Below are positions 27,901 through 40,008 of a stretch of DNA of 64,000 bases, piece after piece. The notes below the pieces were generated by a model. The model made no database searches. It had not been told where the DNA came from and saw only the letters and a program-made list of their open reading frames with translations. How positions within the stretch are numbered: position 1 is the first letter of the stretch; every line of letters starts with the position of its first letter. The translations under genes and the position numbers were made by a program. Source of the DNA: Octopus sinensis (lineage: Eukaryota). The stretch covers positions 24,254,464-24,318,463 of the forward strand of contig NC_043011.1 in assembly GCF_006345805.1 (NCBI RefSeq), given 5' to 3'.

Positions 27901-29199
27901 CTTTTTAAGAAGTTGTTCTACACGTACTGATAACCTCTGCCAGCTGAATAAACTTCGCAGAAATATGAAATAAAAAATAATCAGCTTATCATTTCTCCTC
28001 CGGTAAACATGATACACTAAATAATCAGCAGGTAGAGACGATGATTGGGGAAGCAATTATTATTGTTATTGTTTAATTTGAAAAGGTAGAGTAGTGCCTA
28101 TAGCCTTTTCAGTTCCCCTTGATTAAGAGATGGAATTAACTGCTTGGTGCGTCTTCAGCAAGTTTATGGTTAAAGAGGGAGGGGGTGATTTCTGAGAAGG
28201 AAAAGATTTTAGCAAGTTGTCCGAATCGAAAACTCAGAACTCTGTCGAGGTGCTGAGAAACGAGAGATGAGATGTGGTGCACCTGAGCACTGTATACAAT
28301 AATTTCATTATTATATTATTATTATTATTAAATAGCTAACGTATGGTGACAGCATGTGTAGAACAAAAGCCATTGTTGCAGTGGTTTTGTAGACCCAGGA
28401 GAGCCTTGTTTGTGACCTGTAATGAAAAAGGCACAGACAATATTGTTTGTAGAATTTGGTAGAGAGAATCTACCTTGAGGTCCATCACAAATATAACTAA
28501 CAGCTTATTATTTCTGGGTTTCACATATCAATATTTAAAAAAAGTAAAAATGCTTTCCTACTTTGACCGTTCTATTTTTTTCCCCTGTCATAGGGCATTC
28601 AGTGCCACGTTATCCAATGTGCCCTTTCTTGACGATAGTTGGATGTGGTTCGCACTTGCTGATAGCCATCTTCATCCCAATAGCGGTGAGCAGGGATATG
28701 AGCCAAGGTGGAGGAGCTAGAACGCCGGAGTTTTCTACTGTCATCGGCTCGACCATAAAACCCGTTAGAGAACGACCAACACTTTAACAGCTTGCCTTTC
28801 TCAGCCTGACCAGCAACGGAGCCTGATCTAGTTGCTGAACACACCAAGTTACCACAAGCAAGTGACATCCCAGATAAGGGTCCTACTATCAGAAGTGTTC
28901 TAGCGCATCCCCCCTAATCATCCACTATGGTAACGCCTTTTCCATTTTGTCTGCTGGGACCATGAGGCAGTCTGACAAGCCTTTTTAGAATTTTCTTCGT
29001 TCAGTGTGGTATGAAAGAAATTCGAACACTATTTCGAATGACTATACAAGGGCTCCCTCGTTGTTGTAGCGATAGCGAAATGACAAGAAGGATCTCAACT
29101 GAAAAACTCGTGGAATATTGGAGAAAAAGCTTTGCCTTATAGGCAGGTAACTTTTGCAAATTTTTCAACTCTGCTGACTATAAAGTACTTGATTATGGT

Positions 29200-30034
29200 T
29201 AGTGGTTCACAACCGGGTCCATATGGCCCTTGGGGGTTCACGTAAGATTTTGTTGTTAAAGTTTATGTACAATGAATTTGTTATACTTCTACAGTACACA
29301 AAATATATTAACTTTTTTTATACAATTACTCTTTTACTTGTTTCAGTCATGTGACTGTGGCCATGCTGGAGCACCGCCTTTAATCGAGCAAATCGACCCC
29401 AGGACTTATTCTTTGTAAGCCTAGTACTTATTCTATCGGTCTCTTATGCCGAACCGCTAAGTTACGGGGACGTAAACACACCAGCATCGGTTGTCAAGTG
29501 ATGTTGGGGGACAAACACAGACATAAACGTATACACACACACACATACATACATACATATATATCACCGTGACCGACCAGGCTATCAGATGTTGTTACAC
29601 ATCGCTGGTCACAATGCGTTTCGCATTGTTTTAGCCTTCAAATGACGCCACCCCACCGGCTAAGCAAGCAGGCTAACATTGTCCGATGAACGGCAACGGG
29701 AAATTGTTGAATTTTCTGCTGCTTTAAATAAAGTATATATACACACATATATATATATATACCACGGGCTTCTTTCAGTTTCCGTCTACCAAATCCACTC
29801 ACAAGGCTTTGGCAGAAGACACTTGCCCAAGGTGCCACGCAGTGGGAATGAACCCAGAACTATGTGGTTGGTAAGCAAGCTACTTACCACACAGCCACTC
29901 CTACGCCTATTCTTAATAATAATTATAAAAATATAACAGGATTTTTTTAAAAACACTTGAATGGTTATGAGGGTCCAGTAGGTTAAAATAAGAATGAGCG
30001 TAATCCACAGGCAAAATATAGTTGAGAACCACTG
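29200..30034. mobile_element. hAT-type MITE with a nested SINE
   Basis: Termini tagtggttcacaacc ... gttgagaaccactg. The degenerate 8-bp TSD is tacttggt on the right and tacttg(attatg)gt on the left. Confidence 0.7.
29331..29908 (-). mobile_element. Young full-length SINE family B nested in the MITE
   Basis: CpG-intact copy. Its tRNA-like head on the minus strand reads aggcgtaggagtggctgtgtggtaagtagc; internal (CA/TA)n tract. Confidence 0.9.
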
Positions 30035-30711
30035 TACTTGGTGAATGAATTGTCCCAGATGTTGGAACCATTCTAATATTTGTTTGAATTTACGGGGTGA
30101 GAAATTATCATTAATTCTTTAATTGACGCAGAATTGATGATAATTCTTTATTTCAGAAATTCAGATGAAAAATCTTACGGGAATTAATAGCTTAAAACCT
30201 AACAATTAGGATCTTCGGCATAGGTTCCTACAAAGTGTTTGTCTTTATAATAGGTCTACTGGGTAGATAATCGGAGCCCAATGTATGTGGTGATTGTTTC
30301 AATCATCTCATCTAGTGTTGTTCCATATTATCTTGACTTTGCTCTACATGAATTCGTGACACTTCTTTTTCCTCTACAGTCATGCCTGGTTTATCAGCCT
30401 CCTCACAGATAACGGCTTTACGATTTTCCCCTAACTCTACTTTCAGCGGACAGCTAGCCTTACATTTAAATTCTATGCCACACGATGTCTTCTAAGATTC
30501 ATGTTTTAAATCAGCAATTGTTCAATATTAACGTTCTTCGTTAAAATAGAGCTTGTACTTTGGGCGACCAACCAAATGGGGGTGTGGGGTCACTGTTTTC
30601 ATTTATTTATTTGATATCCTGTCACTGCCATTACATTGTGAATAAACTAACATGGCTGTACAATAGTTATTGTTATTTTAATTGCTTAACTAGGAGGAAG
30701 AGTAATATCAA

Positions 30712-30915
30712 TGACTCATTTCAAAACTTCCGTAACTAATGGAGGAAAGGAGAAAGGCTTGAATACACGCATCACAGTGGACCCCGCTAAAAGCACTCAG
30801 GCGTCAGGTAACAGTGTTAAGATCTGACTCATAAGTGTTTTTAGCGGGGGTCCACTCTGATGCGTGTATTCAGGGATACCTTCCCCCATCAGTTACAGAA
30901 ATTTTTAATGAGTCA
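30712..30915. mobile_element. Foldback/palindromic MITE
   Basis: Arms tgactcatt...tgaatacacgcatcacagtggaccccgctaaaagcact and agtgtttttagcgggggtccactctgatgcgtgtattca...aatgagtca are near-complementary. Confidence 0.8.
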
Positions 30916-31082
30916 GTCATGGGTACATGCCTTTTCTCTTCTAAGCCATTAAAACTATTACTCATCAATTTTATTGTGTAGCTGTTACTTACCGCGGTAC
31001 AGTTAAGTAGAGCTGAGTTCAAAAAATATTATGGAAGAAATAACCATAGGGATTTCATTTTTGTCTACATTACACTATAATG

Positions 31083-31251
31083 TACCGTATTTCAACGTGC
31101 ACAAGTAACCCCCTAACTTGGAGGCTTAGAATTTAGAAAAAAAAAAAAGATTTTGTAAGGGATTATGATACTATCGATGTATAAGAAACTCCCATATTTT
31201 TTTACCTAATTTTATCAAAAAAGGGTTCCTTATAGACGTTAAAATACTGTA
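31083..31251. mobile_element. Tc1/pogo-type MITE
   Basis: TA-ccgtattt ... aaatactg-TA termini with TA TSD. Confidence 0.7.
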
Positions 31252-31837
31252 ATTAGTAACACAATTGAACGGAATGTGAAAGATACAGGGTGGGTCCCAT
31301 CCATGGTGGAGAACCTGTTTTACTTTCTCGACACAACGAACACGCCTCTGCGAAGTTTCTTGGCCTATTAGAAATAGCAGCCAACTCTTCCTTGGCGAAG
31401 GTAAAGAATATGCCCACCCGGTGTTTAGGGTTGGGGTTTTTGTTACGCCGAAAACTGGGAAGAGCACACTGGATAAATGGGTTGACATGAAGGTTACTGT
31501 TGTAAAAATAGTGAAAGTAAATTGACCTAAAAAGTGAATGTAAACTTAGATACAAACTAGAAGTAAAAATGATTTCGTTCAGTAGATAGTCTCTTACATG
31601 TAGATAAACTGAATTATTGGCTCTTCTCAAAAACGTAATTGGCTTGTATAGTCCGAGTGAATCCAAAGGAAGAAGGCTACCGCTTCCTGTTCATTCTTTC
31701 TCTACAGCTCATTGCTCGTGCAGTATTATTGCATTGGTCACATGTAACTGTGTTGGTTATCATGAAAGCCACCGAATTGCCTTCTCAGCAATGTACCTCA
31801 GCTGCTAATTCTGAGATACTTAAATCACTCGAACATA

Positions 31838-32069
31838 CCTATTTCTTTACTACCAACAAGGGGCTAAACACAGAGAGGTAAATAAGGACAGACAAACGGA
31901 TTAAGTCGATTATATCGACCCCAGTGCGTAACTGGTACTTAATTTATCGAACCCGAAAGGATGAAAGGCAAAGTCGACCTCGGCGGAATTTGAACTCAAT
32001 ACGTAACGGCAGACGAAATTATGGCTACGCATTTCGCCCGGTGTGCTAACGTTTCTGCCAGCTTGCCGC
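31838..32069 (-). mobile_element. Young SINE family A
   Basis: CpG-intact copy with the ggcggcaagctggcagaaacgttagc head and gcctttcatcctttcgggttcgataaattaagtacc core on the minus strand. Confidence 0.9.
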
Positions 32070-33140
32070 CTTATACCATACATGTAGGTGCCTGTGAACG
32101 TGACATTATGAAGGAATTCTTTCAATGAAATTTTGATGTCATTGTTGTTACTTCGGGTTTTATCGCAATTTATTTTTACTTATTTAGGATAATTTTCTTT
32201 CACTGTTTTACAACGGTAAACTGCATATTAACAGGGTAATGTTGTCCTAGATGTACTATGGTGACCAGGTCAGGTTTTACCACCTTAGCGACTAAACCGC
32301 CCTCGATAACCCAGTGGATTAAGAGAGGATGTGTAGAAATCCAGCAGGGTTAAAAATAAACCTTGTCTAAGGATAGAATAGCTTCTCACAAGGAAACTGT
32401 CAACTATACTTGGAGAAGAGATAAGACAGTATTAAGTTACCTGACTAGTGAACCACGCGTTGCTGCGCGTTAACAGCCGCTTTCGGCTATGGATTTCAGG
32501 GGAAACACTGTCTGAAAAAATATATATATTGTCACGATTGGAAAGCCTTTGATCATAGCTCTGGTAGGTCAAAGCAGACATAAGAATAAACAAGAACCTG
32601 ACGGAGACATAGTTATCTATGTAGTATACATCTCGTTTCCATGACAGGTCATCAGAGATTGTAGGGCCCAACATTTATTCGTAAAGCTCTACACGTAGGA
32701 GTGAAGAGGTCAAACAGGTTCAAGCGACCATCCCTCCGCAACTTCATGTAAATAATGATTATTATTATCTCACATTTATTTTGATTTTGTGTTTTCCGCT
32801 AATTAAATGACTAATGATGGAGCCATTTTGGTAATTGGGAACTCATCTGTCAGAATCCTGGCTACGTCTTGTAAGTATTTGTTAGTTTTTATATGTGTGT
32901 TCGTTTATCCTTTTACTGATTGTAGTCATTAGACAGTAGCCATTCTGGGGTTCCGCCTTGAAGGATTTACTCGATCATGTTGACCCAATTGTGTAATTTA
33001 ATCTGGAGCTATTTAACCCATCTATTTGTCATATAACAGAGCATAAGCAGCAGCGGGGGAATAAACAAACCCACGTACACGCACCAACCAAAGTATAAGC
33101 ACACGTGTGTACTTGTGCGTATTTTTGTATGTGTTTAGAT

Positions 33141-33684
33141 TAGGCGTCGGCAACCTAAACCAGGCTGCGGGCCACGTCTAGGCCACCTCGCGGGCCTCAC
33201 CCCCTCCCAGCTCGAAAGAATAACAAACACAAAATTAATGATAATAAATGTAAATTGAACCTTTATTAATACTTGCAGTAATCGCAATGTGAAACGATTA
33301 ATGTGAAGGCTGGTGATTCTTTGAAACAGAGAGGAAATCAATGTCCGGCTTGATGGACGAGGAGGCCAGGTGGGAGACGTCTTGAAGATGGGCGTCTGTA
33401 ATATTTATAACTAAGTCAATTGGAATAGAAGCGAAAAATAACTTATCGTACAGGGATACTCTACTACAGTACCGGACAAAAGGACGATTTCCTCTGTCTC
33501 TCTAACTCTATCAGAATTCTTCTCGAAAGTTAAGTTTATTCAGTGTCAATATCACGAAAGTTGGACGTGGTTCTGGCTGGGGAGAAGACGGCCGCTGATT
33601 GGGTCTGTTCAATTTACCTTCGGTTCAAAAGGCCCCCACCGGGTCGCGGGAAATGTCTCGTAGGCCGGAGATTGCCGACGCCTG
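33141..33684 (-). mobile_element. Non-autonomous hAT element with a transposase C-terminal remnant
   Basis: 16-bp TIRs taggcgtcggcaacct / agattgccgacgcctg and a perfect 8-bp TSD GTTTAGAT (33133-33140, 33685-33692). The minus strand at about 33300-33405 reads ITDAHLQDVSHLASSSIKPDIDFLCF..NHQPSH*, like SPIN/GTF2IRD2-type transposase ends. Confidence 0.9.
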
Positions 33685-34154
33685 GTTTAGATGTATCTTA
33701 TATTGCTCCACCTTATTAAGAAAACTTTACATATGATCGCAGCTTTGAAGTTGAAACACTTAAAATAATTTAAAGAATATATATATATATTAGGGAGAGT
33801 TTACGAAAAAAACAAAAGACGAAGACAGGTGGTGTACAAAACAAACAGATCTATTAGTATAACGCTCAGGAATAGAAAAAGTCTTTTACGTTTCGAGCCT
33901 ACGCTCTTCTACAGAAAGGGACACAGAAAAAAACAAGGAGAGAAAAAAATGTGTGTAGGGGAAAACGATCTATCATGGCGACTGATATCTATATTATATA
34001 TAGATAATGCCAACAGGAAAACTAGAACTCAAAATATGAGTACATATATATTTCTGCTAAGTATATGTGTGATCTGTAAGGTTTCATTCTCTCAAATTCT
34101 ACTTACACGTTATTGGCATTGTGTATGTTCACAAGTAGAGTTCAATGCTGTGAT

Positions 34155-34158
34155 ATAT

Positions 34159-34225
<67 letters not shown>
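34155..34225. repeat. (TA)n microsatellite (others at 40840-41065, 44000-44110, 44325-44395, 47090-47255, 51934-52001, 62745-62915, 63568-63615)
   Basis: Directly visible. Confidence 0.95.
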
Positions 34226-34229
<4 letters not shown>

Positions 34230-35289
34230 CTTCAAGTGATTTTGATTGTATAATTTCTCGGTTTCAGTTACCATTTACTAGCTTACACAAAGGTCAAGCA
34301 GCTAAATTCGATTACTGTGTAATTCTGTGGAAACGATTTGCTCTGCAAGATATACAACACGAGTAAGCATCATTGGTTTCACCCGAAATAAATTTATTCT
34401 AAGTTTCTCTTCACAGCTTAGTTATAATGTTAAACAAACTGCAAGTGAATATTTACATCAGGTTTTTACGTAGAAACGTTCAAAGACCAAAGAATTTCGT
34501 ACTAATCGCTTTTCAGCTTTAGGTCAGAACACCTTGACACATCTAAGAGCTTATTGCGTAAACGAAAAGCCCATTTAGATGAGACAAATATTGACATTTC
34601 CTGTTGGAAAATACCCCCACTGTTAATTTTTCATTAAAATAAACATTTTTTTTTATCTGTAAATATAAGCTATTTTGAAATTACGTTATGCCAGTAGTAC
34701 TGGTTAATTTCTCTCAAATTTCGTTTTACTTATTGATACTTATATTAAGCTCCGACGAAACAAAAATAGCTAATCATCCCTCGTGCGACTCCAATTCTTG
34801 TAACTAAGATGGAAACATTAAATTAGCTCCATTTCAACTTTAAAATTTCCTCCTTAAAACTCAGCAGCATACTGGATTTTATTCCTTGTGATGATTATTT
34901 ACCATCAACACTTCTTGTCAATGAAATAGCCTCTGTATTGTCTTCGACCTGTTGCTAGAAGTAAAAGACATTTCTCTGTCAGAATCGTTGATATCGTTAC
35001 CATTTGTACATGAGTTGGTTGGCTAACTGCTAGGGGTTGATATTGGGTGCTGGCTGTTATTTATAGCGTCGGAGGTTAACAGTTCTACATAGAAGAAAAC
35101 GACGAAATCAACGAACAAGACTTAAAAAATAAATGTTGTTGTCAATTTGTTTGATTAAAACCCTTTGAAATAGTGTCCCAGCGTCGCTGCAGTCCAAGAT
35201 GGCCATTAAAAAAAAAAAGTGATCTCTTCACAGATTGCTGATTGCTCCTCAGAGCACAACTAAATACATCGCAGTATTTAGTTGTGTTA

Positions 35290-35680
35290 CTCTATGTTAT
35301 GTTCTTAGATCAAATCCCAGTGAGGTCAATTTTGTCCTCTACACTTTTGAACTTGATAAAATAAAGTACCAGTCAAGTATGGGCTTAATTTAATCAACTA
35401 ATACCCTTCACTGAAAATTGCTGGCCTTAGAAGACATTACAAAAGTAGTGGATTAGCAGAATGTAAGAGCATCAGAAAAATATGCTTTGTAGTATTTGAT
35501 CTGACTCTTTCCATTTTGAGTTCAAATCCCACCAAGGGCAAATTTGCCTTTCATCCTTTTCAGTGGGAAGAGGGTCAATAAAATAAAGTACCTGTCAAAT
35601 ACTGAGATTTATGTAATTGACTCATCCCTCTTACTAAAAATTGTTAGTTTGGGCCAAAATTTGAAACCATTGTTACTATT
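35290..35680 (+). mobile_element. Two adjacent SINE family A copies
   Basis: Two tttg(t/c)c..tcatccttt / aaataaagtacc cores in tandem. Confidence 0.7.
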
Positions 35681-35696
35681 GTTGTTGTTATTAGTG

Positions 35697-36015
35697 AAGA
35701 CGCGTGGCTTAGTGGTTAGGGGCATTCGGCTCATGATCATAAGGTCGTGAGTTCAGTTCCTGGCGGTGCATTGTGTTCTTTAGCAAGACACTTTATTTTA
35801 CGTTGCTGCAGTCCACTCAGCTGGCAAAAATGAGTAGTACCTGTATTTCAAAGGGCCAGCCTTGTCACACACTGTCACGCTGAATCTCCCTGAGAAATAT
35901 GTTAAGGGTACACGTGCTTGTGGAGTGCTCAGCCACTCGCACGTTAATTTCACGAGCAAGCTGTTCTGTTGATCGTATCAGCCGGGACCCTCGTCATCAC
36001 AACCGACGGAGTGCT
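35697..36015 (+). mobile_element. tRNA-derived SINE, family C (CORE/Nin-like central domain)
   Basis: Head gacgcgtggcttagtggttaggg...gagttcagttcc and body gcaagacactttatttacgttgctgcagtccactcagctgg. A minus-strand fragment lies at about 50090-50200. Confidence 0.75.
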
Positions 36016-36039
36016 CTTGTTGTTATTATCATTACAACT

Positions 36040-38440
36040 CAGGTTTTATTGGAACTTCTGGAGTTTTGCATGAGTGCAGGTTTGTTATATGCAACCTACA
36101 GTACCATGCTATCTCTTCTCTTCAACTATATAATACTTTCCTGATGATTCTGCCTGTACCAGAGAGGCAAACTTTTTGCAACAGCTCTACTGGGCACTCT
36201 GTTCCCATTTCCTTTATATTCCTCTTGATAACAATGTTATTCTTTTCAAGCTCCTTGACACATGACCGTGTCTTTCCCTTTGTCATCCAGCTGGGTGATG
36301 AGCTTTCCTTCAAGCACTTACCCAGTTGTTCTGCTATCTTTTCATGGAACCCTCTCAGTTTCTTCATCCAACATCCTTGGACACCATCCGGCCCTGGGCT
36401 CTTCCAATCTGGTATTTTACTTATCTGTTTTTTTTAAATCTTTTCTGTATTTATTTTTATGTTGTCTTCATCATCATCATCATCATCACTTAACATCCGC
36501 TTTCTATGCTGGCATGAGCGGGACGGTTTGACAGGAGCCAGCCAGGCAGGAGTCTGCACCAGACTTCTCCAACTGATTTGGCAGGATTTTTATAGCTGGA
36601 TACCCTCCCTAATACCAACCACTCAGCAGAGTGGACCTAATGCTTTTTACATGGCACAAGCACAGGCGAGGTCAGTTTTAGCAAGGTTTTACAGCTGGAT
36701 GCCCTTCCAAACACCAACCACTTTATAGTGTGAACTGGGTGCTTTTAAGTAGCACCTGCACTGATAGGGTCACCACGTACTTGCAAGACAAAAAAATCTC
36801 TTTTTGGAGGAGAGGGGGCATTGGAGGAGGTGATCTTGTTTTGAATGATGAAAGGTTATAGTGAAACAGAGAAACAAAAACAGGAGTCTTGCTGTAGAGG
36901 AGGTACAAGGTTACCAACTCAGGGAGAGAGAGAGAGAGATTAGGAATGAAAACAGAAACAGGTGCACTTTCCGCAAAGGAAATACATGGTTACCCAACTT
37001 GAGGGAAGGAGAGAGTGGGAGATAGCAGGATAAGGATGGTGGTAAAGTGCTGAACATACTCAAAAGGGATGGGGATCAGAATATAAATGGGATGGTTGAG
37101 TAAAGGAACAGAGAGGTATAGATGGTGGCAAGTGCCAGGGCATATGCTTGAGGTTTGAATGTCATAGTATAAGTGGCAGGATATTGCAAGGAAGCATAAT
37201 TAGAGAGTGTGGAGTGGAGTGGAGTGGGGAAAACCTGGGTGTATATAGAGTCAGGGAGTGGGGTCTACTGGATAGCAATAATTCAGAGGAACAGGGCCAT
37301 GAGAACAGGATTGGGGGAGTGGGAGATAGGTATAGTGTATGAAGAAGGAAATGTGAGGAAGAGAAGAAATGTAGATTGGTTTGTTGGGGTAAGGTGTGTG
37401 AAAAGTTTTCTTATTACATGTGGGTGGAACACACAGATGGGGGGCTAGCAGAGAGCAATGATACAGTGGGACAGGATTGAAGAGTCGGAGGTAAGCATAG
37501 TGCATTAAGTGGAAATGCAAAGAGATGTAGTTTGGTTTGTTGCGGTAGAGAGTGTGAGAAGTTTTCTTGTTAAGTGTGGGTGGGACAACCTTGTATATTT
37601 CTTAGCCTATCCTGGATTTCATGCTGTCACTCTGCATTATCATTACACTCTACATGTTGATCCTAGATTCCACCCTCGAAAGGCTCTGCTTTTGTCTGCA
37701 TCAGGTACCAATGTGAGTTGTAATTGCCCATTTAATTCCTCAAAGTTTTCTCTAATTAGCTTCAAATAATCTGTTCTGCCTGGATTGTTTTGTTCTATTG
37801 TCATACCTTTCCAAATTTGCCCCATGATTGCTACTGCCCTTTGTTTCAGTTCTTTTAATATTACATCATATCTTTTATCTTTTATTCTATACATTCTTCC
37901 AACCTTATTCTTATGCTTTCATTCTGCAATTCTCCTCTTTTCAGCCTATCAATTTGTCCCAAATGTCTTTTTAACCTTGTTTGTTTTTCACAAATTAATC
38001 TGCACCAATATGGTTCAAGTACTGTTTGTTCTCTTCTTTTGTATCCCACTCTTTTCACTGCAACCTTTGCTATGACCCTGATAATCTTGTTGGTTTCACT
38101 TATATTTCCTGTCTGAGATAGTCCAAGAACAAAATTTAATTTTTCCGGTTTCTGCTTTTAGCTTATGCCTATCAACATATCTCAGCTTGGGAAGTATTTG
38201 ATCCTGGTCTTCTCTAATATATCAGCTCATCATCCTCAATATGACTTGCTGATCATCATCATATCCTAGAAGAATAGCTCTTACCATTACTTCTGCTTCA
38301 TTTGCTGACAATGCATTTACACCTTGCCTTCATCTTCACTGCCACTATTCATTTCTCTGTCTTCAATAGGCATACTATCTGCTGATACCGTATTACCAAT
38401 ATTTTCTATTTTCCTTTTAATTTTTTCAATTTCTATGCCT
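36040..38440 (-). mobile_element. Internally deleted R4/Dong-like non-LTR retrotransposon with insertions
   Basis: ORF 37643 (YRIKDKRYDVILKELKQRAVA...FEELNG...PDADKSRAF) and ORF 36122 (FHEKIAEQLGKCL..PSWMTKGKT fused to GTECPVELLQKVCLSGTGRIIRKVL) match pre-RT, RT-start and C-terminal motifs of this clade. Confidence 0.7.
36470..36800 (-). mobile_element. RTE-tail SINE-like element with (CAT)n tail
   Basis: catcatcat-ttaacatccgctttctatgctggcatg...ctggatgcccttcc motif. Further copies lie at about 40225-40495, 57555-57710 and 61360-61560. Confidence 0.75.
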
Positions 38441-39077
38441 GTTACCCACCCATTTGTTATCGCTCTTGCTTGATCATCTAACTGTTGCTCACTTATCTCA
38501 AAGGATTTCTATTTCATCCTGTTTTGATTTCGTGTCTTTCCAGAATACCCAGAATATTGTTGTTGTCATCATCATCATCATCATCATCATCATTATCATC
38601 TTTTCAATCTTGTTTCCATTTCTTGCTGAGTGTCTTCCTGACACCTAGGCCAGAGAAGCTCACTGTATACATTGGCAGGCCATTAAAATAAAGACACTAG
38701 ATTGTTCATTTACAAAATCATGTGATAGAGAAAAAGAGGAAGAAAGACAGAGAAAAAGGAAAATAGAAAAGAATGAAAAAAAAAGTAAACAAAGAAAATA
38801 AAGGGAAAAAAGGAAAGAAAGTTTGCAGTGACAATACTTTTCACAATATTATAATCATTATTATTATTAGGGCAACAAGCTGGTCAAATCATTACTGTAG
38901 CGGACAAAATGCTTAGCAGCATTTCTTCCAACACTTTACGTGCTGAGTTCAAATTCAGCTGTGATCAACTTTACCTTTCATCCTTAGTAAATTGACTACC
39001 AGTCAAGCACTGGGGTCAGTGTAATCAACTTCCCACCCCTCAAAATTGCAAGCCTTCTGCCAAAATAAGAAAGGATT

Positions 39078-39165
<88 letters not shown>

Positions 39166-39213
39166 TGAAGGCAGTGACCTGGCAGAATCATTAGCATGCT
39201 GGATGAAATACAG

Positions 39214-40008
39214 TTCTATATTTAAGAGATGAGGAATTATGTACATTATTTACACTATTTACATTTAACAGATATTTATCCTCATCTTGTTTGCTGTTCA
39301 TCTGGTGTCTTGGGGAAATTTTGAACCTGGGTTCTCATTCCTAAGGCTTTTTTTAATGTTATTGTTATTATTAAGGTCACTGCTTGGAATCTTGGGGTTA
39401 GTAGCCCGCGCTCTTAACCACTATGCCATATGCCCATGGGCATGTTTAGTGGTATTTTGCCCATTGCTACATTCTATCTAACAGCACTTGGATATCTTCC
39501 CGGTGGGGTCAGAGTATAAAGGTGTCATCAACATATCGTAGCCATAGTGTTGGTTTTGGTGGTGTTGATCCTAAAGCCAAATTCTCAAAGTATTCCATGT
39601 ATATATTGGCTATTACCGGTGATAATGGCAAACCCATAGCTAAACTCTTCTCTTGTTGATATATATCAGTGTCCTTACTGAAATAAGTAGTTTCTATACA
39701 GAAGGTCAACATTTCCATCAAGTTTCTTATTGGTGTACTTGTGTGTTCTTTTAGATGGGTGTCTGTCACTAGTTTTTCTTGTATCACTGATAGTGCTTCA
39801 CCTGTGACCTGAACAATAACAATATAATAATAATAATAGCATCAAAAAATAATTAAGGAATGAGAACCCAGGTTCGAAATTTCCCCAAGACGCCTGAAGA
39901 AGGCTGGAGGGTATATCAACTCAAACTGTGTTAACAACAAACAAGATGAGGACAAATATCTGTCAAATGTAAATAATGTACATAATTCCTCATCTCTTAA
40001 ATATAGAA
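39214..40008 (-). mobile_element. Penelope-like element fragment with inverted pseudo-LTRs
   Basis: ORF 39509..39787 YQQEKSLAMGLPLSPVIANIYMEYFE...WLRYVDDTF is a PLE RT. It is flanked by inverted repeats at 39214-39380 and 39804-40008. Confidence 0.9.

Larger units (their letters stand above)
27601..32750 (+). pseudogene. CpG-retaining coding-like relic interrupted by MITEs and SINEs
   Basis: Donor 27843, acceptor tttttttcccctgtcatag|28595, acceptor at about 30982, donor AAG|GTAAAG 31401, acceptor 31604, with T-rich intron-like spacers. Candidate peptides: RVLLSEVF*RIPPNHPLW*RLFHFVCWDHEAV*QAFLEF; VPYYLDFALHEFVTLLFPLQSCLVYQPPHR; ISNTIERNVKDTGWVPSMVENLFYFLD; TELLALLKNVIGLYS. Stop density is near random, so frames are tentative. 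Confidence 0.4.

Noticed and set aside
27679-28056. 125-aa minus-strand ORF as a real gene
   Set aside because: It has no ATG start or recognisable domain. Openness is explained by local GC richness, and several frames on both strands look equally protein-like here.
32432-32674. Minus ORF starting LGPTISDDLSWK, resembling the RT motif LGVTISxDLSW
   Set aside because: No flanking RT motifs are present. T-rich spacers and splice sites favour the plus strand, so this is probably coincidence.
35697-35770. tRNA-like sequences (also about 46640-46712, 62090-62160, 29840-29908)
   Set aside because: They carry A/B-box-like heads but continue into multi-copy SINE bodies and lack a complete cloverleaf.
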